DNA of 64,000 nt from an uncultured archaeon (GCA_964458565.1 CAYWJO010000006.1:1-64000); one strand, 5' to 3'. Counted from the first letter of the stretch, positions 51,776 through 62,367 are shown. Numbers and translations are program-made. The notes: a model not told the origin generated them from the sequence alone.

Positions 51776-51942
51776 GGTATCACGTTCGCTAAAAGATTTC
51801 GCCAAGTATTGATAAGTTTCCCTAATGGATCATTCAAAGTCTAATTGTGTTCACTAATAATTCTAGCGTGGTGAGGCTAATTTAGTATAAAACTGTAGCA
51901 CACCTTTATCTGATTTCATGGATAATAACTAATTGAGAAGGA

Positions 51943-52182
51943 ATGATTGAATACATTGTGATTGCAGGCGTTGTGATTTTTATTATTGCCATATTATTGA
52001 TTCCAAAGAGTGATAGACATAGCTATAATCCCAGAGATGCAAAGCAAGCAGAAGCAATGACTTCTATGGTTTTCCTTGAGAATGACATGGACAGAGCTAT
52101 TGAGTATGAACACAGATTCTCTGGCTCACGGACTGGAATGGTTCTAAATCGTCGAGGATATCGTGTAAGAAAGCGTAGGTGA
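51943..52182 (+). CDS. Small single-TM hypothetical protein
   Basis: N-terminal TM, basic C-terminus, GAAGGA upstream. Confidence 0.6.
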   Translation: MIEYIVIAGVVIFIIAILLIPKSDRHSYNPRDAKQAEAMTSMVFLENDMDRAIEYEHRFSGSRTGMVLNRRGYRVRKRR

Positions 52183-52187
52183 GTCTT

Positions 52188-52418
52188 TCAGATACCCACA
52201 CAGGTTTCGGTTCTAATGACTCCATCTATATCGTGAATATTGTTTACAAATTTGCGAAAATCGCCTCTTGATGGTAAATCCGCGTAAACAATCACGTCAT
52301 ATGGACCTGTCACGATATGCACTTTATCGACATACTCAATCTTCTTCGCTGCAATGTATACAGACTCTGCCATCTTGGCTTGGATTTGTATCAAGACTAT
52401 TGCTACTACCATCTCCAT
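52188..52418 (-). CDS. Stand-alone Lrp/AsnC ligand-binding (RAM) domain protein
   Basis: HIVTGPYDVIV...IHDIDGVIRTETCV. Confidence 0.9.
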   Translation of the reverse strand: MEMVVAIVLIQIQAKMAESVYIAAKKIEYVDKVHIVTGPYDVIVYADLPSRGDFRKFVNNIHDIDGVIRTETCVGI

Positions 52419-52666
52419 ATCTCCAAAATTATTTCTGTTAGATATTATACCTATAGCCTGAAAAATCTACTTACTCGAAAGAAATGCAGATTTGAGTGAA
52501 AAACCCATCATGCAAATGTAGAAGATACGAATTGTATATTACACAGATAATGAAATTGCAATTGAGCTAGGTCAGAAAAGAAATTATACATCAGCAGATC
52601 TTGAAACATCAGGTTGGTTTGCCTTTACAAAGATTATGAACTATGTGGATGAAAGAGGACGTTGAT

Positions 52667-53107
52667 ATGATGAAGAAAGACCAAAGTCGTATCTATTGGG
52701 CAAATGCATTATTCTCTGAAGCTGATAGAAAGTTCAATGAGTCATGTGCAGAAATCCTTAGATCTGTTGGCTACTCCGTTTTTCTACCTCAAGAAACACC
52801 AATGACGTTTGATAAGCAACCAAAGAACAGCGAGATATTCGAAATAGATACTGAAGAGATTCGCGTCTGTGATGCCCTGATTGCCTGTATAGATCAATTC
52901 CCCATTGACAGTGGAGTAGCCTGTGAAATTGGTATAGCCTATGCATTGAAAAAAACCGTTATCGGACTCTATACTGATATCAGAAGCAAGAGAGAAGGTG
53001 AAGGCAGGATGTACAAAAACCAGTACGTGATGGGAGCTATCGAATCAGCAGGGGTGATTGTCGATACCATCGACCAGCTTCTGCAAGTCCTACCTAAATA
53101 TGTATGA
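52667..53107 (+). CDS. Nucleoside 2-deoxyribosyltransferase family protein
   Basis: IYWANALFS, VFLPQE, IFEID, DSGVACEIGIAYA, YTDIR. Confidence 0.85.
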   Translation: MMKKDQSRIYWANALFSEADRKFNESCAEILRSVGYSVFLPQETPMTFDKQPKNSEIFEIDTEEIRVCDALIACIDQFPIDSGVACEIGIAYALKKTVIGLYTDIRSKREGEGRMYKNQYVMGAIESAGVIVDTIDQLLQVLPKYV

Positions 53108-53120
53108 GTGGTTTGTGCCC

Positions 53121-56100
53121 TTAGAGAATCCGCTTTCTCTTCAATATTTCAACTACTGCAAAGAACCCTACAAATACAAGAGCCCATGTAGCGATTATAA
53201 TAATCCAGGAACCCATAACATAGGGAGGAAGTGGTGGGGGTGTTACAGGAGGACCAATGTTTGTTGGTGTGCTTTCAGTAGGACCACTTGAAGTAGGTTC
53301 TGTAGTTGGTTCGGTTGTTTCTCCGGTTGTAGTGATAATATCAGTGACTACTACATTGACGTAGTCAGATACCGAGTTTCCGCCAACATCTGAAATTAAA
53401 ATTGTGTAATTATAACTTCCAACTGAAAGACCATCAAGTGAAATTACGATTGAACCAGAAGACCATGTATCATTCTCAACCACCAAACCATCTCTGAAAA
53501 TCAGATACTCGGATGGATGCAAGTCTGAGGCAGACCAGCTGATTGATTCTCCTGTTTCACCAACTACAAATTCAACATCGGATGGACTGTCAAGAAGTGG
53601 TGCGGTTACATCGAGTACTGTTACCTTTACACTATCATAGGCAGTGTTGTTTACAATGTCATATACAATCAATACTATCTGATAGGTTGAAAGTGTCAGG
53701 CCATCAAGTGAAATCGATATTGGCTCATCACTGGAGTTCCAGACACCGGCCTTGACAAGGTTCCCATCTATGAATATCTCGTATCTAGAGGGATGTAAAT
53801 CATAAGGAATCCATTCGATATCATCGCCTATCTCTCCCTCTCCAACAGAGAAATCATCAATTGCATCAATTGTTGGGGATGTACCATCGTAAATTGTGAC
53901 CTGAACAAGGTCAGTAGCATTGTTACCACTCTCGTCAAAGACAATCAATGAGAAATTATATTCTCCTAAAATCAATGTGTGCAGAGGAATTACTATACTC
54001 TCGGAACTTGAATTCCAGAGTCCGGATTTTATTACGATTCCATCCTGAAAGACAGTATAATTGTACGGATGCAAATCGTAGGGAGTCCAAACGATTTCAG
54101 ATCCAAGTGTGCCTTCAGCGACGGAGGGTTCTGCAATCGAGTCGATAATTGGAGCAATTGCATCCAATACCGTGACCAGGACCGTATCGTTACCAGAATT
54201 CATCCCTATATCATATACGACCAAGGTGTAATTATACGACCCCGCAGAGAGGCCTGTGATTGAGATACTGATTGATTCAGCACTTGAGTTCCATGCTCCA
54301 AACTTGACAATGATACCATCCTTCAGGATTTCGTAAGATATTGGATGTAGGTCAGTAGGATTCCATGTGATTGAACCACCTGGATCGCCTTCATTGTACT
54401 CAACGTCTGGTTGGTCATCTACAACAGGATGTGTACCATCAAGAACTGTGACATTCACTGAATCTGTTACTGTATTGCCATGATCGTCAATGGCCCAAAA
54501 TGTGTAGTTGTACACCCCATAAGCAAGTCCACTAACAGACACAGAGAATGACTGTGCATTCGAATTCCAATTGCCAGAACGAATCTGGGTTCCATCTCGA
54601 TAGATTCGGTAGGAATTCGGATACTTATCGTAAGGCTGCCAAGTAAGGGACCCTGCAGACTCACCTTCATTATAGAATACATCAGCAGGACTATTTACTG
54701 TTGGAGCTGTTCCATCATATGTGGTGACCAAGACATAATCGTCCGCAGTATTGCCATCCTCATCGTAGACGACAAGTCTGTATGTACGTGTTCCCAAGTT
54801 AAATCCATCAAGTGAAATCGAGATTGTTTCTGATGGGTCATTCCAAAGCCCAAATTGCACAGGAGTTCCATCACGATATATTGTATAGTTCTTAGGATTC
54901 AAATCCAAAGGATGCCAGACAAGTAGATTTCCAACAGAATCTTCGATGATAAATTGATCAGAAGGATGATCAACATAAGGTAGGTCTGTGTCAAAAACTG
55001 TTACAAATACTGTGTCGAATGCAGTAGTTCCTCCTACATCAGTAACAGCTAATATGAAGTTGTGTAAAGCAATTGGTAATCCACTCACATCAAAGAATAT
55101 GTTCTCGCCACTACTATTCCATAAACCAGATTTTACTGATGAACCATTTGCCAATATGCTATAACTAACTGGATGGAGATCAAATGCAGACCATGTAATA
55201 TTAAAGCCAGCTCCTTGACCCACAGCATAGTAGGAATCATCCGGGTGAGTTGTTGTTGGAGCGGTTCCATCAAACACAGTCACAATGACCGTATCAGTGT
55301 CACTTAGCCCAGTTTCGTCATAAACAACGATTGTGAAGTTCCAATCACCCAAAGTCAATCCATTCATAGATATCGAGATTGACTCTGTACTAGAATTCCA
55401 GAGTCCAGATTTTACTGCTAAATCCTCACGATAGATGACATAATTCGAGGGATGGAGGTCGAAAGGACTCCAGGACAACATAGTTCCAACACTACCCTCA
55501 ATCACTTCGAAGTCATCAGGACTATCGAGCACGGGTGCTGTATCATCATAGACTGTGACCATCACTGTGTCAGATGCAGTATTGTCGTTCGTATCGTACA
55601 CGATTATTGTAAAATTCCAAACACCTGTAGTAAGTCCATCTACTGAAACAACAATGGGACTCGCACTCCAAGTATTAGTATAAACTAGTTCTCCATTTCG
55701 GAGGACCTCATAGGATGAAGGATAGAGATCAAATGGGTTCCATGAGATTGAATTTGATGAGGTGTCTTCAGCATAGGAGAAATCACCGGGGCTGTCAATG
55801 GTTGGAGGTGTGATATCATTCACATGAACAAATACTGTATCAAGCACTGTGTTAGCATCTGTATCTGTAACTGAGATGGTATAATTATATGACCCTGGCG
55901 AAAGGCCATCCACGGAGACATTGATTGTTTCGTCACTTGCATTCCATGAGTTAGATTTAATCACAACACCTTCAAAATAGACAACATAGCTTTCTGGAGA
56001 AGCATCATAGGGGGTCCAAGTTATCGAATTACCAGTTTCACCCTCATCATAGATGATATCGGCGGGATGATCGATAGTCGGAGAATCGCCGTCAGCGACG

Positions 56101-56831
56101 GTAATCACGACAGTGTCTGAGTTGGAGTTATCAGCATCATCCCAGACTGTCAACACAATATTGTGAACACCAATTGTAAGAGTATCAAGCATGACGGTAA
56201 TAGAAGAGCCAGACCATGGTCCGCTTCTCATGAGAGCACTGTTGTCTGTAATTTCATATCGATTCGGATTCTCGTCATAAGGATTCCATGTTATACTCTC
56301 AGTAGGGTCGCCAAGAGCAATTAGCTTGTCAGGGGGGCTGTCTATTGTAGGTGGTGTGCTATCACCGGATAAAACCTCGACTGCCACATCCAAGCTTGTT
56401 GCCAAATCATCTGCAGCCGCCACCCAGATTCTGATAGTGAATGAGCCTGTTGAGAGCGGAGTGAATTCAAACGACGCAGTGATTGCATTTAGACTCGAGT
56501 TCGTATCACCGGTACCTTGATCTTGTATCTCACTTGCTGTGAAGGAAAATTCATCGTTGTCAGCCCAACCAGCCTGAAGACTGATTGCGTAGAGGGTATC
56601 ACCGTCTAAATATCCTGTAGAATACACCTCAAGGGTAAAGGGGATATCAATTGTTGCTGCGATTGTCCCACCTGCATCTGAAGTCAATGTCAGGACACCG
56701 GATGTATTATGACATCCACCACATTCTGCTGTATATCCAAGTCTTGCTAGCGAGAGTGACGCAAGTCCAAGAACAGAAATTGCGATTATGCCTGCTAGTG
56801 CTATCAATGTAATCCGCTGAATCCTTTGCAT
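53121..56831 (-). CDS. Surface protein: N-terminal CxxCH domain, 11 tandem Ig-like repeats, T/P linker and TM anchor
   Basis: Signal peptide; CGGCH at 56709-56723; repeats DxTxPxIDxPxD...WxPxDLHPxxY...GxYNxTxxVxD; C-terminal TM followed by KRKR. Confidence 0.85.
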   Translation of the reverse strand: MQRIQRITLIALAGIIAISVLGLASLSLARLGYTAECGGCHNTSGVLTLTSDAGGTIAATIDIPFTLEVYSTGYLDGDTLYAISLQAGWADNDEFSFTASEIQDQGTGDTNSSLNAITASFEFTPLSTGSFTIRIWVAAADDLATSLDVAVEVLSGDSTPPTIDSPPDKLIALGDPTESITWNPYDENPNRYEITDNSALMRSGPWSGSSITVMLDTLTIGVHNIVLTVWDDADNSNSDTVVITVADGDSPTIDHPADIIYDEGETGNSITWTPYDASPESYVVYFEGVVIKSNSWNASDETINVSVDGLSPGSYNYTISVTDTDANTVLDTVFVHVNDITPPTIDSPGDFSYAEDTSSNSISWNPFDLYPSSYEVLRNGELVYTNTWSASPIVVSVDGLTTGVWNFTIIVYDTNDNTASDTVMVTVYDDTAPVLDSPDDFEVIEGSVGTMLSWSPFDLHPSNYVIYREDLAVKSGLWNSSTESISISMNGLTLGDWNFTIVVYDETGLSDTDTVIVTVFDGTAPTTTHPDDSYYAVGQGAGFNITWSAFDLHPVSYSILANGSSVKSGLWNSSGENIFFDVSGLPIALHNFILAVTDVGGTTAFDTVFVTVFDTDLPYVDHPSDQFIIEDSVGNLLVWHPLDLNPKNYTIYRDGTPVQFGLWNDPSETISISLDGFNLGTRTYRLVVYDEDGNTADDYVLVTTYDGTAPTVNSPADVFYNEGESAGSLTWQPYDKYPNSYRIYRDGTQIRSGNWNSNAQSFSVSVSGLAYGVYNYTFWAIDDHGNTVTDSVNVTVLDGTHPVVDDQPDVEYNEGDPGGSITWNPTDLHPISYEILKDGIIVKFGAWNSSAESISISITGLSAGSYNYTLVVYDIGMNSGNDTVLVTVLDAIAPIIDSIAEPSVAEGTLGSEIVWTPYDLHPYNYTVFQDGIVIKSGLWNSSSESIVIPLHTLILGEYNFSLIVFDESGNNATDLVQVTIYDGTSPTIDAIDDFSVGEGEIGDDIEWIPYDLHPSRYEIFIDGNLVKAGVWNSSDEPISISLDGLTLSTYQIVLIVYDIVNNTAYDSVKVTVLDVTAPLLDSPSDVEFVVGETGESISWSASDLHPSEYLIFRDGLVVENDTWSSGSIVISLDGLSVGSYNYTILISDVGGNSVSDYVNVVVTDIITTTGETTEPTTEPTSSGPTESTPTNIGPPVTPPPLPPYVMGSWIIIIATWALVFVGFFAVVEILKRKRIL

Positions 56832-57050
56832 AGTTCTATCCCACTGGAATGATGCGTTAGCCAATTTGGTAATTATATAAAGATTGTTTGAGATGCTTTT
56901 AAGAATTAGAAAAGGATATTCGGTTACAATTTGTAATCAATCAGTATTAAAAATTAAAAACGTGTGAAGCACAAAAATAATAATTTGCGAAGACTAGTTT
57001 AAATAGCTCTCTTGTACTATACAAACTATTCCATTATTGGAGATAAGAAA

Positions 57051-57269
57051 ATGGGTAAGGGTGCTGCCATCCTAGGATTGATTCTCATCATTGTGGGAAT
57101 TCTGCCTATCATATTAGATATGATAGGGCCCGGCTTTGAAATGATCACAGACTACTTCTATATGCTCAACATCTACACCTTAGAACTCGGAGGATTCTTC
57201 TTCTCCGAAATCATGTTGATTCTTATAGTATTAGGCGTGATCCTACTCATTGTTGGTGCCGTTAGTTAG
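57051..57269 (+). CDS. Small two-TM membrane protein
   Basis: Two hydrophobic helices; GGAG upstream. Confidence 0.7.
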   Translation: MGKGAAILGLILIIVGILPIILDMIGPGFEMITDYFYMLNIYTLELGGFFFSEIMLILIVLGVILLIVGAVS

Positions 57270-57341
57270 GCATTACTAGGAAAAAAAAAAACATGGGAAC
57301 ATAATCATATAGAGGATTCTATATTTCCCGTAGGGAAGATT

Positions 57342-58178
57342 ATGATGGCAAATTCAGTAGTAATCCTAGAAAACACGGGGAGCATCATCGATATTCTTAG
57401 AAAGGGCATTGAGATGATAGGAGGATTCAATCTCCATACCGGACCTGTATTGATAAAGCCCAATATTTGTACGGTCTCTGATAATACCGGACATTCTGTT
57501 ACAGATGTAAGGGTTGTTGAAGCTGTGATTGATTTGCTTCTTGAAGAAGATAAGTCATTATCAATAAGGGTCGTAGAATCTGACAGCGAGAGTAAGTATG
57601 CAGATGAAGCATTCGATAAATTTGGCTATACTAATATGACTACTTCAAAGCGCGATATTGGATATGATGTGAATGTTGTGAATCTCAGTAAATCGCAACT
57701 GAGAAAGGTGGAGTTTGAAGGGCTTTATTTCAATAGACCTGAATTACCCGCTGAAATTACTAATCATTCGTACTATATATCGATTGCAATCCCAAAAACA
57801 CATTATCTCACTCATATAACTGGAACTCTAAAGAATCAGTTTGGTCTACTCCCCAGAAAAGCACAGGGAACATATCACTCAGATATCCAAGAGATTATTA
57901 TTGATCTCAATCAATTGGTAAAACCAGATCTATGCATATTCGATGCAAGGGTTGGTGTGGAGAGATGGAATGGACCTAAGACTCATCAGATGGACCTTTT
58001 CGTTGTGGGGAGAAATGCGGCATCCACAGATGCGATTATGGCACGATTAATGGGATTCAATCCAGAGGAAATCGATCATATCAGAAAGGCAAGTAAGCAA
58101 GGTGTTGGGAACATAAATCCTGAAGTTCTAGGTAAAGCAATTGAAGATGTGTGCGTCCTGTTCAAATCACCCAAATAG
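57342..58178 (+). CDS. DUF362 domain protein
   Basis: VLIKPN, TD.RVV, PKTH, TGTLKNQFG, DAIMARLMGF. Confidence 0.85.
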   Translation: MMANSVVILENTGSIIDILRKGIEMIGGFNLHTGPVLIKPNICTVSDNTGHSVTDVRVVEAVIDLLLEEDKSLSIRVVESDSESKYADEAFDKFGYTNMTTSKRDIGYDVNVVNLSKSQLRKVEFEGLYFNRPELPAEITNHSYYISIAIPKTHYLTHITGTLKNQFGLLPRKAQGTYHSDIQEIIIDLNQLVKPDLCIFDARVGVERWNGPKTHQMDLFVVGRNAASTDAIMARLMGFNPEEIDHIRKASKQGVGNINPEVLGKAIEDVCVLFKSPK

Positions 58179-58261
58179 ACGCACTATAATACGAGTTTAC
58201 TATTGTGAATAGATTTATATAGTAATTATATTATTATTTCTGTTAATATAATAATAATTAG

Positions 58262-58519
58262 GTGATGTCGTTGTCGATAGAAGGGGATTTCACCCAACTA
58301 AGAAAGATTCACAACCTGACAAAGAGTCAAGCAGCAATACTAAGGATCTTGCAGAATAAAGGAGAGAAAGGAATCACTCCAAAGCAACTAGTCGATGATG
58401 TATCTTTTGCACCACGAACAGTGCGATATGCTCTACGAACCTTACTCAAAAAGAGATTGATTAGAAGAATACCATGTCTCTTGGATATGAGACAATATAT
58501 TTACCTCCCCCTAGAGTAA
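58262..58519 (+). CDS. Small winged-HTH protein
   Basis: ITPKQLVDDVSFAPRTVRYALRTL...PCLLDMRQYIY. Confidence 0.8.
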   Translation: MMSLSIEGDFTQLRKIHNLTKSQAAILRILQNKGEKGITPKQLVDDVSFAPRTVRYALRTLLKKRLIRRIPCLLDMRQYIYLPLE

Positions 58520-58575
58520 AACGAAAATAATTCTATTCTCAATGAGTTTTTTTTATGCTCATCCAAACAAATTGG

Positions 58576-59058
58576 TTACTCCAGTTGGAGAAAGTCAGAG
58601 AGCCCTACTCTAACACAGACAGTTTCACCCATTGCAGTTTTGATACCATCTGAATACAAATCACAACTAACACGAATCCGATTCTCACTCTTTTCCTCAA
58701 CTCGAGCACGCAATGTTATGGGTTTGTCCAATGGAGTTGGTTTCAGAAATTTTACAGAAAGAGAGCTGGTAACATACATGAAGTGATCCACATCGCTCAA
58801 TTCATGGTGTGCTGCTGCATTCGCTGTACCTGTAGTATGACAGTCAATCAATGTTGCGATGATGCCTCCATTAAGAATACCAGGAAAGGCTAGATGATGT
58901 TCTTTTGGAGTCCAAATAGCAACTGTCTCCTCACCATCCCAGTAACTTTTCAGTTGGAGACCATGCTCATTATTCCTACCACAACCCCAACAGAAAGTCG
59001 CTTGCTCAGGCCATTGATCTTGAATGGTTTCATTATTCATCGCGGTCACTTCCACCAT
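58576..59058 (-). CDS. PaaI-family hot-dog thioesterase
   Basis: CWGCGRNNEHGL, GILNGGIIATLIDCH, LKPTPL. Confidence 0.85.
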   Translation of the reverse strand: MVEVTAMNNETIQDQWPEQATFCWGCGRNNEHGLQLKSYWDGEETVAIWTPKEHHLAFPGILNGGIIATLIDCHTTGTANAAAHHELSDVDHFMYVTSSLSVKFLKPTPLDKPITLRARVEEKSENRIRVSCDLYSDGIKTAMGETVCVRVGLSDFLQLE

Positions 59059-59189
59059 GGATGATACTCCGGTCTATCAACTTGATGGTATGTTCGTTAT
59101 AATTGATTCAACTTAATAATGTTAGAAGAGATATAATGAATGATTTAAGACGGTGTTCGACGTTTATTCGCATAGCGGGGGTTGATAAC

Positions 59190-60140
59190 ATGGAGTATCA
59201 CAAATATACAATCAATGATGTCGACAAGAGTGCGATAGCGCTTATTCTACTTGAACAAAGGAAATCACAAGGCGATTGGGAAGATGTATCGCCTTCACGT
59301 GTAGAAGAGGTTATTCAGCAAAACTTCGAGGGAACAGAAGATGTCTTCATATGTGCAGAGTCAGGTTCGGAACTATTAGGCTTCTCAGTGATACATTTCG
59401 ATAGTGACAAATCTGCACAATTGAATCCTTGGTTCCTAGGAGGAGTACCAGTAGTAACATCAAATGAGAGAGATGATATGATACATACAGGTCTCTTTGA
59501 TCACGTAATGGAGCACATCCGGAGTACAAATGTGAATCGTGTTGAAATATTCTTTACACCTGAGAAGCATGAGGGCTCTCTAATAACTATACTCAGCAAG
59601 TATGGATTCAAACTAGTTGAGGAAATTGTCCATCTACGGGAAGCCATTTCTGAATTAAAATTGAAGGCTGATAAGATATCACCAGATATTGATGTTAAGC
59701 CACTGTTCGCAATAGACCGCGAAGAGTTATACTCGACCTGGCACAATACATTTCTTGATGGTGAAGACAGGAGTTTTCTTGATAGGAATGAGGAACAGAG
59801 AAGAGAATTTTTTGATGACCTATTTGATGAATCGGAATCTTATGTTGAAGATGCAACTATAGCAATAGTCCAAGACTCTGTGATTGCAGGATTCATTATC
59901 ATTAGGCTGACACACGGAGAGAATAATGGTCATGTATGGCTGGTAGGAATTAACTCAGACTATAGGAGAAAGGGGTATGCCAAAATGTTGCTTGCTCAAG
60001 GGAAGAAGACATTGACAAATCTCGGCATGAACACAATGAGTGTCAACGTTGATTATAATAACAAACCAGCATACAAACTATACACGTCTCTGGGATTCAA
60101 AGAGGAATGGCGACAAATTTGCTATGGTTGGGAGAGGTAG
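59190..60140 (+). CDS. Tandem GNAT N-acetyltransferase
   Basis: VGINSDYRRKGYAK, NKPAYKLYTSLGF. Confidence 0.85.
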   Translation: MEYHKYTINDVDKSAIALILLEQRKSQGDWEDVSPSRVEEVIQQNFEGTEDVFICAESGSELLGFSVIHFDSDKSAQLNPWFLGGVPVVTSNERDDMIHTGLFDHVMEHIRSTNVNRVEIFFTPEKHEGSLITILSKYGFKLVEEIVHLREAISELKLKADKISPDIDVKPLFAIDREELYSTWHNTFLDGEDRSFLDRNEEQRREFFDDLFDESESYVEDATIAIVQDSVIAGFIIIRLTHGENNGHVWLVGINSDYRRKGYAKMLLAQGKKTLTNLGMNTMSVNVDYNNKPAYKLYTSLGFKEEWRQICYGWER

Positions 60141-60247
60141 GATGTTGAATTTATATGTCAACATGAAAAAATCTCTAACGCAGAGCCGCTAATAGTAATA
60201 AATAATATAAAATAATATCTACAATTCACTTATATTATCATATTCCT

Positions 60248-60697
60248 TTGTATTATTGTGCCGAGATGGTTAGCTCAATCTCATACTCCGATAGCATAGA
60301 AAGACGGACTATGATGGCGAGAAGTAAACATCAAGAAGCGGGGACACATGCTATGGGAAGCCACATGTCAGAAACCAATCCAGCAGAGTCATCGTTTAGT
60401 AGTTGTTCCAATCAGTGTGGGAAATCCAGCTGTGTGACATTCTACGGAGGCGAACAATGTTTCTTCTGTGAACCAACCAAGGGGATGTTAAGGGACATGC
60501 TCTCTCAGTTCCAAATCCCGTTCACATGTGTTCTTCAAGTTGATGTGGATGAGGAAGAAACTATAACAAAAGAAGAGAGTATACTTGCATTACCGACAAT
60601 CAAAATATGTGGAGAAACGATTGTAGGACTACCGGATGAGGGGACTATCCGGGATGCAGTTGTTCGTGCATTAATGAATGAATGTTTCTGCATCTGA
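60248..60697 (+). CDS. Thioredoxin-fold protein (CFFC), Cys-rich; true start probably later
   Basis: TFYGGEQCFFCEP, VDVD, ILALPTI (cis-Pro loop), GLP. Confidence 0.7.
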   Translation: MYYCAEMVSSISYSDSIERRTMMARSKHQEAGTHAMGSHMSETNPAESSFSSCSNQCGKSSCVTFYGGEQCFFCEPTKGMLRDMLSQFQIPFTCVLQVDVDEEETITKEESILALPTIKICGETIVGLPDEGTIRDAVVRALMNECFCI

Positions 60698-60818
60698 GAT
60701 TTGATATATATACATGAGGCTCATTTTTACCACATGTTATCCAGAATCATCTTTTTGAAACAGATGACTCTATGATAATGTCTTTAGACAGATTTGCACA
60801 TCCTGAAGTTGATCAAAG

Positions 60819-61655
60819 ATGGAACCATGGGAGAGAGAGAAACTCATTATTGCGAGGACAAATGAACCGATAACAAGAAACAGAATAATCACCGATCTGA
60901 AGACTCTTGGTGTTGAACCAGGAGATACCCTCTTTGTCCATTCGTCAATGAGCAAGATTGGCTGGATAATTGGAGATGTAGTCACACTCATACAAGCACT
61001 CATGGAAGCTGTAGGAGAAAATGGTACTCTGATGATGCCAGGAGAGTCGTCGGGAAATGGAGAACCATCTCATTGGCAATATCCAGCAGTTCCAGAAACT
61101 TGGTGGGAAATAATTCGTCAGGAAATTCCATCATATGACCCAAGAATAACACCAACGAGAAGAGTAGGAAAAGTACCAGAAGCCTTTCGCTCGTTTCCAG
61201 GGGTGCTGAGAAGCTCCCACCCACAAATTTCATTTCAGGCGTGGGGAAGATATACTGAATATCTAGTGCAAGATCATCCATTGGAAAACCCACTTGGGGA
61301 AGAGAGCCCTTTAGGCAGACTGTATGAACTAGATGGAAAAATCTTGCTTCTTGGTGTGAATCATGACTCCAATACATCAATTCATCTTGCAGAAGATAAA
61401 GCAAGGATTCCAGGATTCCCGACTAGAAGAAAAGGCGCTGTAATATTGGAAGATGGAGATCGAGTGTGGAAGACATGGACCGAACTTGATTACGACTCCG
61501 ACGACTTCATTCTGGTTGGAGAAGCATATGAGGCAACCTTGACCTACAATCGAGGATATATTGGTCAAGCGGAGTCAAGGCTTTTCAATATGCGGAGTAT
61601 TGTGGATTTCGCTATAGGATGGATGCGAAAAAACCGACATTATGATACGTCATAG
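60819..61655 (+). CDS. AAC(3)/YokD-family N-acetyltransferase
   Basis: VHSSMSKIG, GTLMMP, RSSHPQISF, LLLGV...NTSIHLAE. Confidence 0.9.
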   Translation: MEPWEREKLIIARTNEPITRNRIITDLKTLGVEPGDTLFVHSSMSKIGWIIGDVVTLIQALMEAVGENGTLMMPGESSGNGEPSHWQYPAVPETWWEIIRQEIPSYDPRITPTRRVGKVPEAFRSFPGVLRSSHPQISFQAWGRYTEYLVQDHPLENPLGEESPLGRLYELDGKILLLGVNHDSNTSIHLAEDKARIPGFPTRRKGAVILEDGDRVWKTWTELDYDSDDFILVGEAYEATLTYNRGYIGQAESRLFNMRSIVDFAIGWMRKNRHYDTS

Positions 61656-61702
61656 AAGAACCATTTCGAAGAGGTCTTAAGCAAATTTTCAATAGTTAAT
61701 TT

Positions 61703-62098
61703 ATGACTGAAGAAATTAAGAAGTCCGAACAGGAATGGAAACTATCTTTATCCTCGGAGCAGTTTAAAATATTAAGACAGTGCGGAACAGAACCTCCATT
61801 CTCAGGCAAATATGTCAATCACAAAGATGACGGGACATACGTATGTGCTGGTTGTGGTAATGAGTTATTCTCATCTGATACTAAATTTGAATCTGGCAGT
61901 GGTTGGCCTAGTTTCTGGGAGAAAATGTCAGAGGACAGTATTGAATTCAAAGAAGACAAAAGCTACGGGATGAGAAGAACTGAGGTGGTATGCAAGAAAT
62001 GTGGAGGACATCTAGGTCATGTTTTTGATGATGGTCCAAACCCGACAGGGCTGAGATATTGTATCAATTCCATGTCGCTTGATTTCAAACCACTGTAA
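61703..62098 (+). CDS. msrB: Peptide-methionine (R)-S-oxide reductase
   Basis: [44 protein letters not shown]. Confidence 0.97.
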   Translation: MTEEIKKSEQEWKLSLSSEQFKILRQCGTEPPFSGKYVNHKDDGTYVCAGCGNELFSSDTKFESGSGWPSFWEKMSEDSIEFKEDKSYGMRRTEVVCKKCGGHLGHVFDDGPNPTGLRYCINSMSLDFKPL

Positions 62099-62141
62099 TT
62101 GCATTCTAGATTACATGTGATAGGTAAAGGCAAAACCGAAC

Positions 62142-62357
62142 CTATGAATTGCTTAATTTGGACCTCAAAGCTTGGATGAAGTTCGCACGATCCTGCGCAA
62201 TTATGGTCTTAACCAATTTCCAAGCTTTGGAGCAGTTCTTGTATTCAACACCCACGATCTCATGAATTGCTGTATCGATTTCGAGTTTGTTTTCTTTTGT
62301 GATTTCGATTCCAATTTCTGCAAAGAAATCATCTAAGTGTCTGAAGTAGCAGGTCAT
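62142..62357 (-). CDS. Small conserved hypothetical protein (paralog of 51551-51775)
   Basis: MTCYFRHL...YKNCSKAWK. Confidence 0.8.
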   Translation of the reverse strand: MTCYFRHLDDFFAEIGIEITKENKLEIDTAIHEIVGVEYKNCSKAWKLVKTIIAQDRANFIQALRSKLSNS

Positions 62358-62367
62358 TATTCAATCC

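Noticed and set aside
53300-56400. Periodic sequence suggestive of a DNA repeat array or CRISPR
   Set aside because: Degenerate protein-domain repeats inside a CDS; no identical direct repeats with spacers
57281-57291. A11 homopolymer as a phase-variation tract
   Set aside because: Intergenic, with no evidence of variation; could be terminator-related
60260-60335. GGTTAGCTCA, tRNA D-arm-like
   Set aside because: No TTCRA T-loop or acceptor stem
60819-61655. Aminoglycoside resistance gene
   Set aside because: The AAC(3)/YokD fold is widespread with other substrates; no mobile context
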